64,000 nucleotides of DNA from Eledone cirrhosa (taxonomy: Eukaryota), in the NCBI GenBank assembly GCA_964016885.1, contig OZ024760.1:12400001-12464000 (forward strand), written 5' to 3'. Both the position numbers and the translations under genes were made by a program. The notes beneath the pieces were generated by a model. The model saw only the letters and a program-made list of their open reading frames with translations. It was not told the origin of the DNA and did not search any database. Below are positions 1 through 14,299 of the stretch, piece after piece. Numbering within the stretch: the first letter of the stretch is position 1; each line of letters begins with the position of its first letter.

Positions 1-189
1 ACTCTGGGTACAACAATAAATGACCCTACACTCTGGGTACACCAATAAAAACTAAAGTTAATAGACTTACCATAATATAGATGGAATATTCCAACACTTA
101 ATTCATCTTAAGTGTTCAAAATTTTAGCACCTGGAAAGAAAATATGGAAAAATGAATTAATCCAATATAAGATGTATCATGTATCTATA

Positions 190-578
190 TCATCATCATC
201 ATCATCATTTTACGTCCGCTTTTCCCTGCTTGCAAGGGTGGGACGTGAACTGATTCTGGCTTGATTTCTACAGCTGGATGCCCTTCCTAACACCAACCTC
301 ATTTTCAGTGAGTGCTTTTTTCCGTGGCGCCTACATGTCCACTTTACAGTGAGTGTTGGGTGCTTTTTTTTTGTTCCGTGGCACCTCCACGACCACTTTG
401 CAGTGGAATGATAGGGACCCCAGTCTCTATCATCTCATTTCTACAGCTGAGTAAACTGGAGCAATGTGAAATAAAGTGTCTTGCTCAAAGAAACAACACA
501 TCACCTGGTCTGAGAATTGAACTCACAACCTTTCGATTGCAAGGCCAATGCTCTAACCACTAAGCCATGTGCCTCCAT
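190..578 (-). mobile_element. tRNA-derived SINE with CORE-like domain and (ATG)n-ending tail
   Basis: Minus strand reads TGGCTTAGTGGTTAGAGC (A box) ... GAGTTCAATTC (B box), then TTGAGCAAGACACTTTATTTCACATTGCTCCAGTTTACTCAGCTGTAGAAATGAG (CORE-like). The 3' part contains TTAGGAAGGGCATCCAGC and ends in (GAT)n. May be two adjoining pieces. Confidence 0.75.
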
Positions 579-589
579 ATATATATATA

Positions 590-743
590 TCATCATCATC
601 GTTTATCGTCCATTTTTCCACGCTAGCATGGTTTAGACAGATTTGTCCTATTAAAGGAAAGTTGGGTCCTGTGTCTTGCTCCCACAGAACTATTTCTGGT
701 TTGGTTTCTACGACTGGATGCCCTTCCTAACGCCAACTACATT

Positions 744-745
<2 letters not shown>
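590..745 (-). mobile_element. SINE 3' part (GGAAGGGCATCCAG family)
   Basis: Same tail as 190-300, 5030-5305, 47295-47510 and 49645-49790, ending in a (CAT)n/(ATG)n tract. Confidence 0.7.
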
Positions 746-783
<38 letters not shown>

Positions 784-969
784 AATGTATATATATATGT
801 GTGTGTGTATATATATACATACACACATATATGAGTATGTGGTTGACACCTGAGATAAAAGAGTACTTTCTTTGATTGACCTATATATCTAGATACACAA
901 TGGCTGAATCAATGATATGGTGGTCAAATTTTACTAGAACATCCTTATTACATGGAGTTCTCCATGATC

Positions 970-1055
970 AGATCAAATCTCAGCTCAGCTCAGCTCAAAT
1001 CTCAGCTCAGCTCAGCTCAAATCTCAGCTCAGCTCAGCTCAAATCAAATCTCAGC
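970..1055. repeat. (AGCTC)n pentanucleotide-derived repeat
   Basis: Repeated CAGCT units interrupted by AAATCT. Confidence 0.85.
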
Positions 1056-1353
1056 CATTGCTCTAACATAGCTCACATATTTTAACTGAAAAATAAGCCC
1101 TGAGTATATATTACATCACCAGATGTGGGCTGGGGGTGGAGTGGGTGGCTGAGGGGGGTTGGTAGAGAGCATTCAACCCAATTTTCTTTTCTTCTCATTT
1201 CAGTGGTGTCACGTCACCCATTACAGTACACAGAAACAATGTATGTATGTTGTATATATATATATATACATAAATATATAAAACCCATAAATATATATAT
1301 TTATTGTGTGTGCATATGTATGTGTATAAGTATATCCGCTTTCCCTGCTAGCA

Positions 1354-1389
<36 letters not shown>

Positions 1390-2315
1390 TGCTAGCACAT
1401 GACAATATATATATACACAGACACAAAGTCCTCTATTATGATTTATAAGACATACTTGGGTAATTTCTTTACTTTTGCTTTTAAAGGTATTTTGTTTTCT
1501 GAGTAACAAAAGATTCCACCTACACACACCTCACTATCTCTTATACACACACCTCACTATCTCTTATACACACACACACACAAGCACAGACACACACAGA
1601 AACATAGATACACATATGTACATTATTCTATGTACTATACATGCACCTTTGATGAGTTGTAGTGCACCTGAGCACTGTACCCAATCATTTTATTATTATT
1701 ATTATACACCCAAACCCTTCCCAGACCTCTCTACACACCCAGACCCTTCCCAGAACCCTGCCACACCTCTCTAGACAGCCGGATGGGGGGGGGGGGGGCA
1801 TTCAGACCTGACACACTTTGATAAGGTAGAAAATAATAGGACATAATCTACTGCTATATACTTTATATACACCCACTATAGTCAACTGTTTGCTTTAACT
1901 CCACACCTCACACAACACCCTTCCATTCACCACACCTCTTCATACTGTAAACACCATTCACCACCACTGCCCTCCCTTTACATTCAATACCAATCCTTGT
2001 ACCCGTCCCTCCCCTATAAAACACACCTATATTTTCTAACCAGGCAGTAAATAAACCTTTACAAAGGGGACACTTCACCTCATAGAAAAAAAACAACAAT
2101 ACCCCCCCCCCCCCCCAAAAAAAAAACCATACCTCCCTACCCCCCCCGTCCCCTGTAAAAAAAAACAAAAAAACATACAACTCCTTTTCATACAAAACTA
2201 CCTGAACCCCAGCCCCTTTAATGACTACATTTCTAATGAAATATACTTTCAATTACTTAATAAAGAATTTTGAGGGATTTACTAAAATTATTAATTATTT
2301 CATTGCTAAGTAACA

Positions 2316-2508
2316 TAATTGTCTCTACTTTTGGCACAAGGTCAGCAATTACCCCCCCCCCCCCAGCGCATTACTGGTACTTTATTTTATCGACCCCCAC
2401 GTAATGATGAGAGGCTAAGTTAACCTTGGCTGGATTTGAACTCAGACAGTAAAGGGCCATAGCTATGCGTCAAAGCATGGCGTCTGACCCTTTACCGATA
2501 CTGCCAAT
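2316..2508 (-). mobile_element. tRNA-derived SINE with Nin/Deu-like domain
   Basis: Reverse complement of the family at 4563-4750: GAGTTCAAATCC B box, GTCGATAAAATAAAGTACCAG, tail CTTGTGCC..AGTAGA.ACAATTAT. It interrupts an AT-rich MITE-like sequence related to 19560-19743. Confidence 0.75.
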
Positions 2509-2644
2509 GTAAGGTTCTTATGTAAAATTTTATGTTGGAAGATTTTTATTGAAATAGGGGTGAGGGGGTGGGGCAGGAATCCAATGAGATCCCAGACCTA
2601 ATTACTGAGTGGGGTCCTATCTAAAACTAAAGTATCACTGCCTT

Positions 2645-2739
2645 ACACACACTCTCTCTCTATATATGTATATGCATACACACGCACACACATATATATA
2701 TATATGTGTGCATACACACACACGTATATACATACACAC

Positions 2740-2770
<31 letters not shown>

Positions 2771-2985
2771 TATATGTGCATACACACACACGTATATACA
2801 TACACACATATATATATATATATACACACATATATATGTGCATACACACACACACACGTATATACATACACACACATATATATATATATATACACACACA
2901 CACATATATAAGTGCATACACACACACACGTATATACATACATACACATATATATGTGCATACACACACACGTATATACATACAT

Positions 2986-3028
<43 letters not shown>

Positions 3029-3194
3029 TATATGTGCATACACACACACACATATATATATATATATACACACACATATATATATGTGCATACACACACA
3101 CACACGTATATATATATATATATACACACACACACATATATAAGTGCATACACACACACACGTATATACATACATACACACACACATATATGTG

Positions 3195-3263
<69 letters not shown>

Positions 3264-3290
3264 GTGCATACACACACACACACACACACA
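2645..3290. repeat. compound (CA)n/(TA)n microsatellite
   Basis: Direct inspection; source of many spurious HT/YI ORFs. Confidence 0.95.
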
Positions 3291-3403
3291 CTCCACCCAC
3301 CTCACTCCACCACACCAACCACTGACACCCTTTCAGTCACAGGACTTTGAGCTTTTTAACACAGTTACAAAATAGTTTATTTACTCTTAAATCAACAATA
3401 ACA

Positions 3404-4152
3404 ATGGTGATGGTGGTAGTAGTGGTGGTAGTGGTGTTGGTGGTGGTGGTGGTGGTGTTGGTGTTGGTGGTGGTGGTGGTGGTGGTGGTGTTGGTGATGG
3501 TGGTGATGGTGGTGGTGGTGATGATGGTAGTGGTGTTGGTGGTGGTGGTGTTGATGATGGTAGTGGTGTTGGTGGTGGTGGTAGTGGTGATGGTGGTGGT
3601 GGTGGTGGTGATGATGGTAGTGGTGTTGGTGGTGGTGGTGGTGTTGATGATGGTAGTAGTGGTGATGGTGGTGGTGTTGGTGATGGTGGTGGTGGTGGTG
3701 GTGATGGTGGTGGTGGTGGTGGTGGTGATGATGATGGTAGTGGTGTTGGTGGTGGTGGTGGTGGTAGTGGTGTTGGTGGTGGTGTTGGTGATGGTGATGG
3801 TAGTAGTGGTGGTAGTGGTGTTGGTGGTGGTGGTAGTGGTGGTGTTGGTGATGGTAGTAGTGGTGGTAGTGGTGTTGGTGGTTGTAGTGGAGTTGATAGT
3901 AGTGGTGTTGGTGATGGTTGTGATGGTAGTGGTGGTTGTAGTGGTGGTGATAGTAATGGTGTTGGTGATGGTTGTGATGGTGGTTGTGGTGGTGGTTGTA
4001 GTGGTGGTAGTGGTGTTGGTGATGGTTGTGATGGTGGTGATGATGGTAGTGGTGGTGGTAGTAGTGGTGGTAGTGGTGTTGGTGATGATGGTAGTAGTAG
4101 TGGTGGTAGTGGTGTTGGTGATGATGGTAGTAGTAGTAGTGGTGTTGATGGT
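3404..4152. repeat. degenerate (GGT)n/(GAT)n/(AGT)n trinucleotide tract
   Basis: Direct inspection. Confidence 0.95.
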
Positions 4153-4562
4153 TATTTTCCAAGTCTTAAAACAATAACAGTAAAAAAAAACACAAAAAAA
4201 CAACAAAAAATAGGTTAATTAACATAATTAATAAATAAGATAAATCTAACAATGTTTCGTTAAGAAGTTTCCTTGGCAATCACATGGTTTCTAGTTCAAT
4301 CCCACAGAGTGACACCTTAGGCAAGTCTTACATCACTAAAGGGGTTTTGGGTCTTAAACCCCTCCAATAATTTGTTTCAATATAATTCTGCTTTGGTCTT
4401 TACTAAACTGATTTACTATTGACTCTAAACAGTTTTAATTTCTTTCTTAGTCTCATATTGGCGTTTGATTTAGGCACAAGGAGAGGTATGCTATGCTCTA
4501 CTTATTCTCCCAATCCACTGCCATTATAATATTAATAATATTAATACCACTACAATTAATAA

Positions 4563-4750
4563 GGGCGGGGAATTGGCAGTATTGGTAGAGGGGCGGACAT
4601 GCTTTGCAGCATAGTTACGTTCCTTTACGATCTGAGTTCAAATCCCGCCGAGGTTGACTTTGCCTTTCATCCTTACGGGGTCGATAAAATAAAGTACCAG
4701 TAATGTACTGGGTAATTGCTGGCCTTGTGCCTAAAGTAGAAACAATTATA
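4563..4750 (+). mobile_element. tRNA-derived SINE with Nin/Deu-like domain
   Basis: TGGCAGTATTGG A-box-like, GAGTTCAAATCC B box (4633-4644), TTTGCCTTTCATCCTTACGGGGTCGATAAAATAAAGTACCAG central domain, tail GGCCTTGTGCCTAAAGTAGAAACAATTAT. Further copies or fragments at 4760-4855, 9745-9875, 20900-21060, 26055-26175, 39660-39745. Confidence 0.8.
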
Positions 4751-5029
4751 ATATTAATAATTATTTCTACTATAGGCACAAGTCTAGTAATTTGGGCGAG
4801 GAGAAAGTCGATTAAATCAACCCCAGTGTGTGACTGGTACTTTATTTTATCGACATTTCAAAGTTCAAGATACACAGCAGTCGAAACTGCACAAAAAACT
4901 AACCTGCAATTTATGTGGACGGCTTTTTAAAAATATGTCTGGTCTAAAACAGCAGATAAGATCTCATGACAACTGAGTAGCATCTATACTGAAGTGGGCA
5001 AGTTTTGTAGTGAACAGACAAACAGTATA

Positions 5030-5305
5030 TCATCATCATCATCACCGTTTAATGTCCATCTTCCACACTAGCATGGGTTAGATGGGTTTGTCCCATTTAG
5101 AGGCAAGTTGGGTCAGGTGACCGTGTCTCGCTCATATAGGACCGTTTCTGGCTGGTTTTCCTGGGGCTGGATGCCCTTCCTAATGCCAACCACTTTACAG
5201 TGTGGACAGGGAGCCTTTTTACATTGTCTCCTTCACAACCACTTTACAGTGTGGACTGGGTGCGTTTTGTTGTGACTCCTACATGACCACTTTACAGTGT
5301 GGGCT
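5030..5305 (-). mobile_element. SINE 3' part with internal ~44-bp tandem unit
   Basis: (CAT)n end, GGATGCCCTTCCTAA motif, three CACTTTACAGTGTGGAC units. Confidence 0.75.
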
Positions 5306-5330
5306 ATATCTATATATATATATATAAGAT

Positions 5331-5390
5331 ATAGAAATGGCTTACAGGACTAGAACTGTTTCATTCAAAGAAATCATTAGGAAAGCCAAA
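5331..5390 (-). ncRNA. degenerate hammerhead ribozyme motif (family B)
   Basis: Minus strand: GGCTTTC CTAATGA TTTCTTTGAAT GAA ACAG TTCTAGTC CTGT A AGCC; one core substitution relative to 36078-36130. Confidence 0.55.
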
Positions 5391-5500
5391 AGGGATTAGC
5401 AATCGAACCCCACAATCTATGTAATCATCTTCCCTTCTAGTCTGTAGTTGACCTTATACATATAGGTACACACAGATACCTATAGTTCCCCCTCCCCCAC

Positions 5501-5542
<42 letters not shown>

Positions 5543-5632
5543 ATAATAATAATAATAATAATGAAATTATTGTGTAAAGTGCTCAGGTGCACTACAACTC
5601 GTCAAAGGTGTATGTATAGTACATAGAATAAT

Positions 5633-5812
5633 TGTTTCTACTTTAGGCACAAGGCCAGCAATCACCCAGTGCATTACTGGTACTTTATATTATTGACCCC
5701 GTAAGGATGAAAGGCAAAGTCAACCTCGGCGGGATTTGAACTCAGATCATAAAGGGACGTAACTATGCTGGAAAGCATGGCGTCCGACCCTCTACCGATA
5801 CTCCCAATCCAC
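5633..5812 (-). mobile_element. Nin/Deu-like SINE with 15-bp target-site duplication
   Basis: Near full-length copy flanked by AGTACATAGAATAAT at 5618-5632 and 5813-5827. Confidence 0.85.
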
Positions 5813-6384
5813 AGTACATAGAATAATACACAAATATATATCTAGCTGTGTAAATGGCCGCTGCTCAGCTGTGAGGGTCCTGACTCTTTCCATATATATA
5901 TATATATATAGAACATCAGAAGAAAGAAAGAAGAATACTGCGTGGTTTGCACATGGGTTACATATGATAAAAATAGTCCTTCGTCAGTGATTTCCCAACC
6001 ATCATTGGTATTTCATCGCATTAAAAATCAGATACCTCAGGTTGGTGCGAGCAATAACTAAAAAAAGTTATTGGGACCAGAATTCACGTAAGGCGAGGGG
6101 GACAAGTAAACAACATAGAAGGATAAAAGCAAACCAAAGATAGGAAAATAAACAAGCAGCATGGTTGTCCGGTCAGCATAAGCTGGGTGGATTTCATATA
6201 TATATATTAATCAGAAATAAAGCAAACAACACAGTACAATGAAGAAATATATTAGTTTAATGGTTGATATAGTAGGAATACTATTAATATATATATATAT
6301 ATATATATATCTCATCATCATCATCATCATCATCATTTTACGTCCGCTTTTCCCTACTTGCAAGGATATATATATACAAGCACC

Positions 6385-6415
<31 letters not shown>

Positions 6416-6596
6416 CCACATACACACACACACATATATATAGACACAGACATTGTGCAATACCATTCCATACTTTATTTACTTTATTTTTGTCTCTCTT
6501 GAGGAAAGGAAATCAATTTCTGAACGCAAAATCTAATATGTTTGACTGATTCACTATCTATGTGTGAGTGTGACTATCTGTGTGTCTGTATATATA

Positions 6597-6633
<37 letters not shown>

Positions 6634-6775
6634 TTATATGCTGTCTAAACCAATGCAAGCGTGGAAGATGGATGTTAAACGATGATGATGATGATAATGA
6701 TGATGATATATATAATAAGAACAAAATGCTGACTTTGTTACTCTCACCAGTTCTCTTTGGACTGACTGAACCATC

Positions 6776-6830
<55 letters not shown>

Positions 6831-6832
<2 letters not shown>

Positions 6833-7024
6833 CAAAGGAATTGTGGTAAGGAACCAGATGGACCATAATGCACCAGAGTACTCAATACTTAGGGTAGTAG
6901 AGTGGGAAATAGGAAAAAGTATGGCCCCGACGGCAGAGCTCAAGCTGTTTCGACGGCTGTTTCTGGACAGAAATAGCCGTCGAAACGGCTTGAGCTCTGC
7001 CGTCGGGGTCATACTTTTTCCTAT
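6831..7024 (-). mobile_element. family A fold-back element (hammerhead 3' half plus ATTGAGTACT tail) in (TA)n
   Basis: ~115-bp palindrome (6909-7024) whose arms contain CGAA ACGGC TTGAGCTCT GCCGT C GGGGTC, plus an ~80-bp unique tail; flanked by (TA)n. Confidence 0.8.
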
Positions 7025-7068
7025 ATATATATTTATATATATATATATATGTTAAATATACATTACAC

Positions 7069-7121
<53 letters not shown>

Positions 7122-7280
7122 TCATGCTTAAGGACAGATCTTCAAAGCATTTGAAGAAGTTCCTCTCAGCACGGACCCTGGCTTTAAAGTTACTGGCATA
7201 GCTTCATAGCCATAATTATATATAATATATACATATATAGATATATATATATATATATATACATATATAGATACATATAT

Positions 7281-7317
<37 letters not shown>

Positions 7318-7534
7318 TAGATATATATATAGATATATATACATATATAGATATATATATAGATATATATATCTATATACATATATAGATATATATATAG
7401 ATATATATATCTATATACATATATAGATATATATATAGATATATATATATATATACATATATAGATATATATATAGATATATATATATAGATAATGGTGG
7501 TATGCTGTTGGAATGATGGTAATGATATGGTCAT

Positions 7535-8120
7535 GGTAGTGGCTGTTGTGGTAGTAGTGGTGGTGGTAATAGTGGTGGTGGTGGTGGTAGTAGTGGTGGT
7601 GGTAGTGGTGGTGGTAGTGGTGGTGGTGGTGGTAATAGTGGTGGTGGTGGTGGTAGTGGTGGTAGTGGTGGTGGTGGTAGTAATGGTGGTAGTGGTGGTG
7701 GTAGTGGTGGTGGTAGTGGTAGTAGTGGTGGTAGTGGTGGTGGTAGTGGTGGTGGTAGTGGTAGTGGTGGTGGTAATAGTGGTGGTGGTGGTGGTAGTGG
7801 TGGTAGTGGTGGTGGTGGTAGTAATGGTGGTAGTGGTAGTAGTGGTGGTAGTGGTGGTGGTAGTGGTGGTGGTAGTGGTGGTGGTAGTGGTGGTGGTAGT
7901 GGTAGTGGTGGTGGTAGTGGTGTTAGTGGTGGTAGTGGTGGTAGTTGTGGTGGTAGTGGAAGTAGTGGTGGTGGTGGTGGTAGTGGTGGTAGTGGTAGTA
8001 GTAGTGGTGGTGTTAGTGTTAGTGGTGGAAGTAGTGGTGGTGGTAGAGGTAGTGGTAGTGGTGGTGGTAGAGGTGGTGGTGGTGGTGGTGGTGGTAGTGG
8101 TGGTGGTAGTGGTAGTGGTG
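7535..8120. repeat. (GGT)n/(AGT)n trinucleotide tract
   Basis: Direct inspection. Confidence 0.95.
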
Positions 8121-8323
8121 TCTGTGATTGTTGTTGCAACTGTTACAGTGGTGTCATATTCTGCCAGAGCAGCAACAACTTCAACTGAAGTGGTCCCAGG
8201 AGAGGAGGGACAACATCATCTGACTGGGGAGAGGAGGGGTGGAGTATGTATGTATGTATGTATGTATGTATGTATGTATGTATGTGTGAGAGAGAGAGAG
8301 AGTGTGTCTGTGAGAGAGAGAGA

Positions 8324-8374
<51 letters not shown>

Positions 8375-8499
8375 TAATGGTAAGAGAGATAGAGAGAGAG
8401 AAAGAGAGTTTGTGTGTGGGAGAGAGATGGTGAGAGAGAGAGAGAGGTGAAAGAGAGGTGAGAGAGAGATGGTGAGAGAGAGAGATGGTGTGAGAGAGA

Positions 8500-8568
<69 letters not shown>

Positions 8569-9177
8569 ACAGTTCTCTGACAATATTGTGTTTATTTCTC
8601 GATACAAAAGATATTTTAAACCTCAAACAGAATCAATCATATTTTAATGGAGTATTTTGACAGTTTTTACTATAGGTGTGTGTGTAGTGTAGTGTGTGTG
8701 TAGTGTGTGAGGGTATGTGTAGTGTGTGAGGGTATGTGTGTGTGTGTAGTGTAGTGTGTGAGGGTATGTGTAGTGTGTGTGGATGTGTGTGAGGATATTT
8801 GTGTGAGGGTATGTGTGGATGTGTGTAGTGTGTGTATGAGGGTATGTGTGGGTGTGTGTAGTGTGTGTATGAGGGTATGTGTGGATGTGTGGATGTGTGT
8901 AGTGTGTGTGTGAGGGTATGTGTGGATGTGTGTAGTGTGTGTGTGAGGGTATGTGTGGATGTGTGTGTGTAGTGTGTGAGGGTATGTGTGGATGTGTGTA
9001 GTGTGTGTGTGTGAGGGTATGTGTGTAGTGTGTAGTGTGTGTGTGAGGGTATGTGTGGATGTGTGTGTGTATGTATGTATGTAGTAAAGTGGGGGGGGGG
9101 GGCAGTTCTCCCAACAGGTTTTCTTCTATTTACAAAGTTCTCAATATCTAATCAGAAGTTACAACACAACACACCCA

Positions 9178-9560
9178 ATATCACCACCACCATCACTACC
9201 ACCACCACCACCACCACCACCATCATCACCATCACCACCATCACCACCATCACCACCACCACCACCACTACCACCACCATCATCACCATCACCACCATCA
9301 GCACCATCACTACCACCACCACCACCACCATCACTACCACCACCACCACCACCACCACCACCACCATCACTACCACCACCATCATCATCATCACCATCAC
9401 CACCATCACTACCACCACCATCATCACTATCACCACTACCACTACCACCACCATCATCGCCATCATCATCACCATCACCATCACCACTACCACCACCACC
9501 ATCATCACCATCATCACTGCCACCACCACCATCACCATAACCATCATCATCACCACCATA
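9178..9560. repeat. (CAC)n/(CAT)n trinucleotide tract
   Basis: Direct inspection. Confidence 0.95.
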
Positions 9561-10321
9561 TTGCTCCATCCCCTTCCACCCCTCTCCACCATCCTAAGGG
9601 TGTGTCATCTATACTGCACCCTCCGCCCGTCTCACCCCACCCCTACAACTATCTATGAAGGGGCAGGGACTTTATTCAGGCAGTGAAATAAAAGATAAAC
9701 AGGTTTATTGGATTATAAAACCATAATAATAATGGTAACAATAATAATAATTGTTTCTACTATTGGCACAAGGCCAGCAATTACCCCAGTACATTACTGG
9801 TACTTTATTTTAGCGAGCCCGTAAGGATGAAAGGCAAAGTTAACCTCGGCGGGATTTGAACTGAGACTGTAAAGTTGATTAAATCTGTGTATATATATAT
9901 ATATATATATGTCTATGTATGTGTGTGTTTATATATATGTGTGTGTGTGTGTTTATATATATATCTATGTATGTGTGTGTGTGTGTTTATATATATATCT
10001 ATGTATGTGTGTGTTTATATATATGTGTGTGTGTGTGTTTATATATATGTCTATGTATGTGTGTGTGTTCATATATATATATATACATGTGTGTGTGTGT
10101 GTGTTTATATATATGTCTGTGTGTGTGTGTTTATGTTTATATATGTGTGTGTGTGTGTGTGTTTATATATATGTCTATGTATGTGTGTGTTTATGTTTAT
10201 ATATATGTGTGTGTTTATATATATGTCTATGTATGTGTGTGTGTGTTTGTTTATGTTTATATATATGTGTGTGTGTGTGTTTATATATATGTCTATGTAT
10301 GTGTGTGTGTGTGTTTATGTT

Positions 10322-10358
<37 letters not shown>

Positions 10359-10379
10359 ATATATGTCTATGCATATAAC

Positions 10380-10500
10380 ACATCTCAGACCGAGTGATGT
10401 GTTGTTTCCTTGAGCAAGACACTTTATTTCACATTGTTCCAGTTTACTCAGCTGTAGAAATGAGATGATAGGGACTGGGGTCCCTATCATTAAATTCCCC
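10380..10500 (+). mobile_element. CORE-like SINE fragment
   Basis: Matches reverse complement of 410-510 (CCTTGAGCAAGACACTTTATTTCACATTG...CTCAGCTGTAGAAATGAGATGATAG). Confidence 0.75.
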
Positions 10501-10691
10501 AAGACACCTCCAACGAGATACACCTTGGAGGAGGCCAGCTAACCCTGCATAGGTGTGAGCTGTCACACACATACACACACATATATGTATGTATATAATG
10601 TGCGTGTGTATGTTTATATATCAAGTGTAAAACTAATAATATATTTTTTCATTGTACTGTCATTTGCTTTGTTATTTCTGTTTGCCTTGTG

Positions 10692-10739
<48 letters not shown>

Positions 10740-10768
10740 CAAATATATATATATCAGATCAGATCAGA

Positions 10769-10863
10769 TAGGGTGTGGTAAAATACCAGGTGGACCATAA
10801 ACCACCAGAGTTCGGATGTAGCTGTCGAAACGGCCTGAGATCAGCCGTCGGGGTCCTGGATCT

Positions 10864-10870
<7 letters not shown>
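10769..10870 (-). mobile_element. family A element, internally deleted
   Basis: TGTGGTAA..ACCAGGTGGACCATAA tail joined to GTCGAAACGGCCTGAGATCAGCCGTCGGGGTCC, between (TA)n tracts. Confidence 0.7.
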
Positions 10871-10898
<28 letters not shown>

Positions 10899-10929
10899 TA
10901 TATATAAATATATATATAAATATATATAT

Positions 10930-12147
10930 ATATGTGTGTGTATATATATATAGATGTGTGTGTGTGTTTGTATATATATATATATAGATGTATGTGTGTG
11001 TGTGTATATACATATAGATGTGTGTGTGTGTTTGTATATACATATAGATGTGTGTGTGTGTTTGTATATATATAGAGATGTGTGTGTGTGTTTGTATATA
11101 TATATATATATAGATGTATGTGTGTGTGTGTATATACATATAGATGTGTGTGTGTGTTTGTATATATATATAGATGTGTGTGTGTGTGTATATATATAGA
11201 TGTGTGTGTGTGTTTGTATATATATATATATAGATGTATGTGTGTGTGTGTATATACATATAGATGTGTGTGTGTGTTTGTATATATATATAGATGTGTG
11301 TGTGTGTATATATATATAGATGTGTGTGTGTGTTTGTATATATATATATATAGATGTATGTGTGTGTGTGTATATACATATAGATGTGTGTGTGTGTTTG
11401 TATATACATATAGATGTATGTGTGTGTGTGTATATATATATAGATGTGTGTGTGTGTTTGTATATATATATATATAGATGTGTGTGTGTGTATATATATA
11501 TAGATGTGTGTGTGTGTTTGTATATATATATATATAGATGTATGTGTGTGTGTGTATATACATATAGATGTGTGTGTGTGTTTGTATATACATATAGATG
11601 TGTGTGTGTGTTTGTATATATATATAGATGTGTGTGTGTGTTTGTATATATATATAGATGTGTGTGTGTGTGTATATATATAGATGTGTGTGTGTGTTTG
11701 TATATATATATATATATAGATGTATGTGTGTGTGTGTATATACATATAGATGTGTGTGTGTGTTTGTATATATATATAGATGTGTGTGTGTGTGTATATA
11801 TATAGATGTGTGTGTGTGTTTGTATATATATATATATATATAGATGTATGTGTGTGTGTGTATATACATATAGATGTGTGTGTGTGTTTGTATATATATA
11901 TAGATGTGTGTGTGTATATATATAGATGTGTGTGTGTGTTTGTATATATATATATAGATGTATGTGTGTGTGTGTATATACATATAGATGTGTGTGTGTG
12001 TTTGTATATATATATAGATGTGTGTGTGTATATATATAGATGTGTGTGTGTGTTTGTATATATATATATATAGATGTATGTGTGTGTGTGTATATACATA
12101 TAGATGTGTGTGTGTGTTTGTATATATATATAGATGTGTGTGTGTGT
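10930..12147. repeat. compound (TG)n/(TA)n minisatellite with AGATG/TTTG interruptions
   Basis: Direct inspection. Confidence 0.9.
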
Positions 12148-12211
12148 CATGTGGATTACACTGTTTTTGTTATAGCCATACAAATCCTCTCGTGCACACA
12201 CAACTATATAT

Positions 12212-13650
12212 GCAGTCACACACACACAGAACTACATAGCTACATCCAGTCACACACACACAGAACTACATAGCTACATCCAGTCACACACACACACACA
12301 CAGAACTACATAGCTACATCCAGTCACACACACACAGAGCTACATAGCTACATCCAGTCACACACACACACACAGAACTACATAGCTACATCCAGTCACA
12401 CACACACAGAGCTACATAGCTACATCCAGTCACACACACACACACAGAGCTACATAGCTACATCCAGTCACACACACACAGAGCTACATAGCTACATCCA
12501 GTCACACACACACACACAGAGCTACATAGCTACATCCAGTCACACACACACACACAGAACTACATAGCTACATCCAGTCACACACACACACACACAGAAC
12601 TACATAGCTACATCCAGTCACACACACACAGAGCTACATAGCTACATCCAGTCACACACACACACACAGAACTACATAGCTACATCCAGTCACACACACA
12701 CAGAGCTACATAGCTACATCCAGTCACACACACACACACAGAGCTACATAGCTACATCCAGTCACACACACACAGAGCTACATAGCTACATCCAGTCACA
12801 CACACACACACAGAGCTACATAGCTACATCCAGTCACACACACACAGAGCTACATAGCTACATCCAGTCACACACACACACACAGAACTACATAGCTACA
12901 TCCAGTCACACACACACAGAGCTACATAGCTACATCCAGTCACACACACACAGAGCTACATAGCTACATCCAGTCACACACACAGAGCTACATAGCTACA
13001 TCCAGTTACACACACACACACAGAGCTACATAGCTACATCCAGTCACACACACACAGAGCTACATAGCTACATCCAGTCACACACACACAGAGCTACATA
13101 GCTACATCCAGTCACACACACACACACAGAGCTACATAGCTACATCCAGTCACACACACACAGAACTACATAGCTACATCCAGTCACACACACACACACA
13201 GAACTACATAGCTACATCCAGTCACACACACACAGAGCTACATAGCTACATCCAGTCACACACACACAGAGCTACATAGCTACATCCAGTCACACACACA
13301 GAGCTACATAGCTACATCCAGTCACACACACACACACAGAGCTACATAGCTACATCCAGTCACACACACACAGAGCTACATAGCTACATCCAGTCACACA
13401 CACACACACAGAACTACATAGCTACATCCAGTCACACACACACAGAACTACATAGCTACATCCAGTCACACACACACACACAGAGCTACATAGCTACATC
13501 CAGTCACACACACACACACAGAGCTACATAGCTACATCCAGTCACACACACACAGAACTACATAGCTACATCCAGTCACACACACACACACAGAACTACA
13601 TAGCTACATCCAGTCACACACACACACACAGAACTACATCCAGTCACACA
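12212..13650. repeat. minisatellite CTACATAGCTACATCCAGT(CA)nGA[A/G], ~32-38 bp unit
   Basis: About 40 near-identical units varying mainly in (CA)n length. Confidence 0.95.
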
Positions 13651-13756
13651 TACATTAAACTATATATATCTATATTTAGTGACACTTACACAGACAACTA
13701 CATCTTACACACACAATTTCACACTGGAAACTATAAAACTATGTATAGTACATACA

Positions 13757-13823
<67 letters not shown>

Positions 13824-14299
13824 GCCTACAGTACATATACATATTCACACACACATATATATATATATATAAACAGCCACTAACAACACACCCATGCATG
13901 TGTCCAATCACACAGCGAGAGAGACATATACACATATAAACATACCTACACATGCATATACACACAGGCACACATGCATATATACAGTTATATATATATA
14001 TATATATATATACATATATACACATACAGACATATACATGCACAAACACATAAATAGCATAGATTTATAGAATTCTCAGGCAGTTTTCTCTAGTTTAACA
14101 ATGACCATTGATGAAAGTTCTCAGGTGATCCATTCATTATTCAATGGAATCACATTCCAATCACACTTGAAAAGACGACTGAAACACTCATGAGTTTTTA
14201 CAGAATTAAATAAACTAACCAACAATAAAATACTACTGAATGAATAATAATGTCATTTAGTTCCGGCTCTGAAGTGTTCTCGGTTCAAATCTCACTGTA

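Noticed and set aside
500-578. tRNA-like A and B boxes here and in other SINE heads
   Set aside because: They continue directly into SINE central domains and lack a clean cloverleaf, so they are not tRNA genes.
12212-13650. CRISPR-like appearance of constant repeats with variable spacers (also 36150-36430)
   Set aside because: Spacers are only (CA)n or (TA)n of varying length; eukaryotic context and no cas genes.
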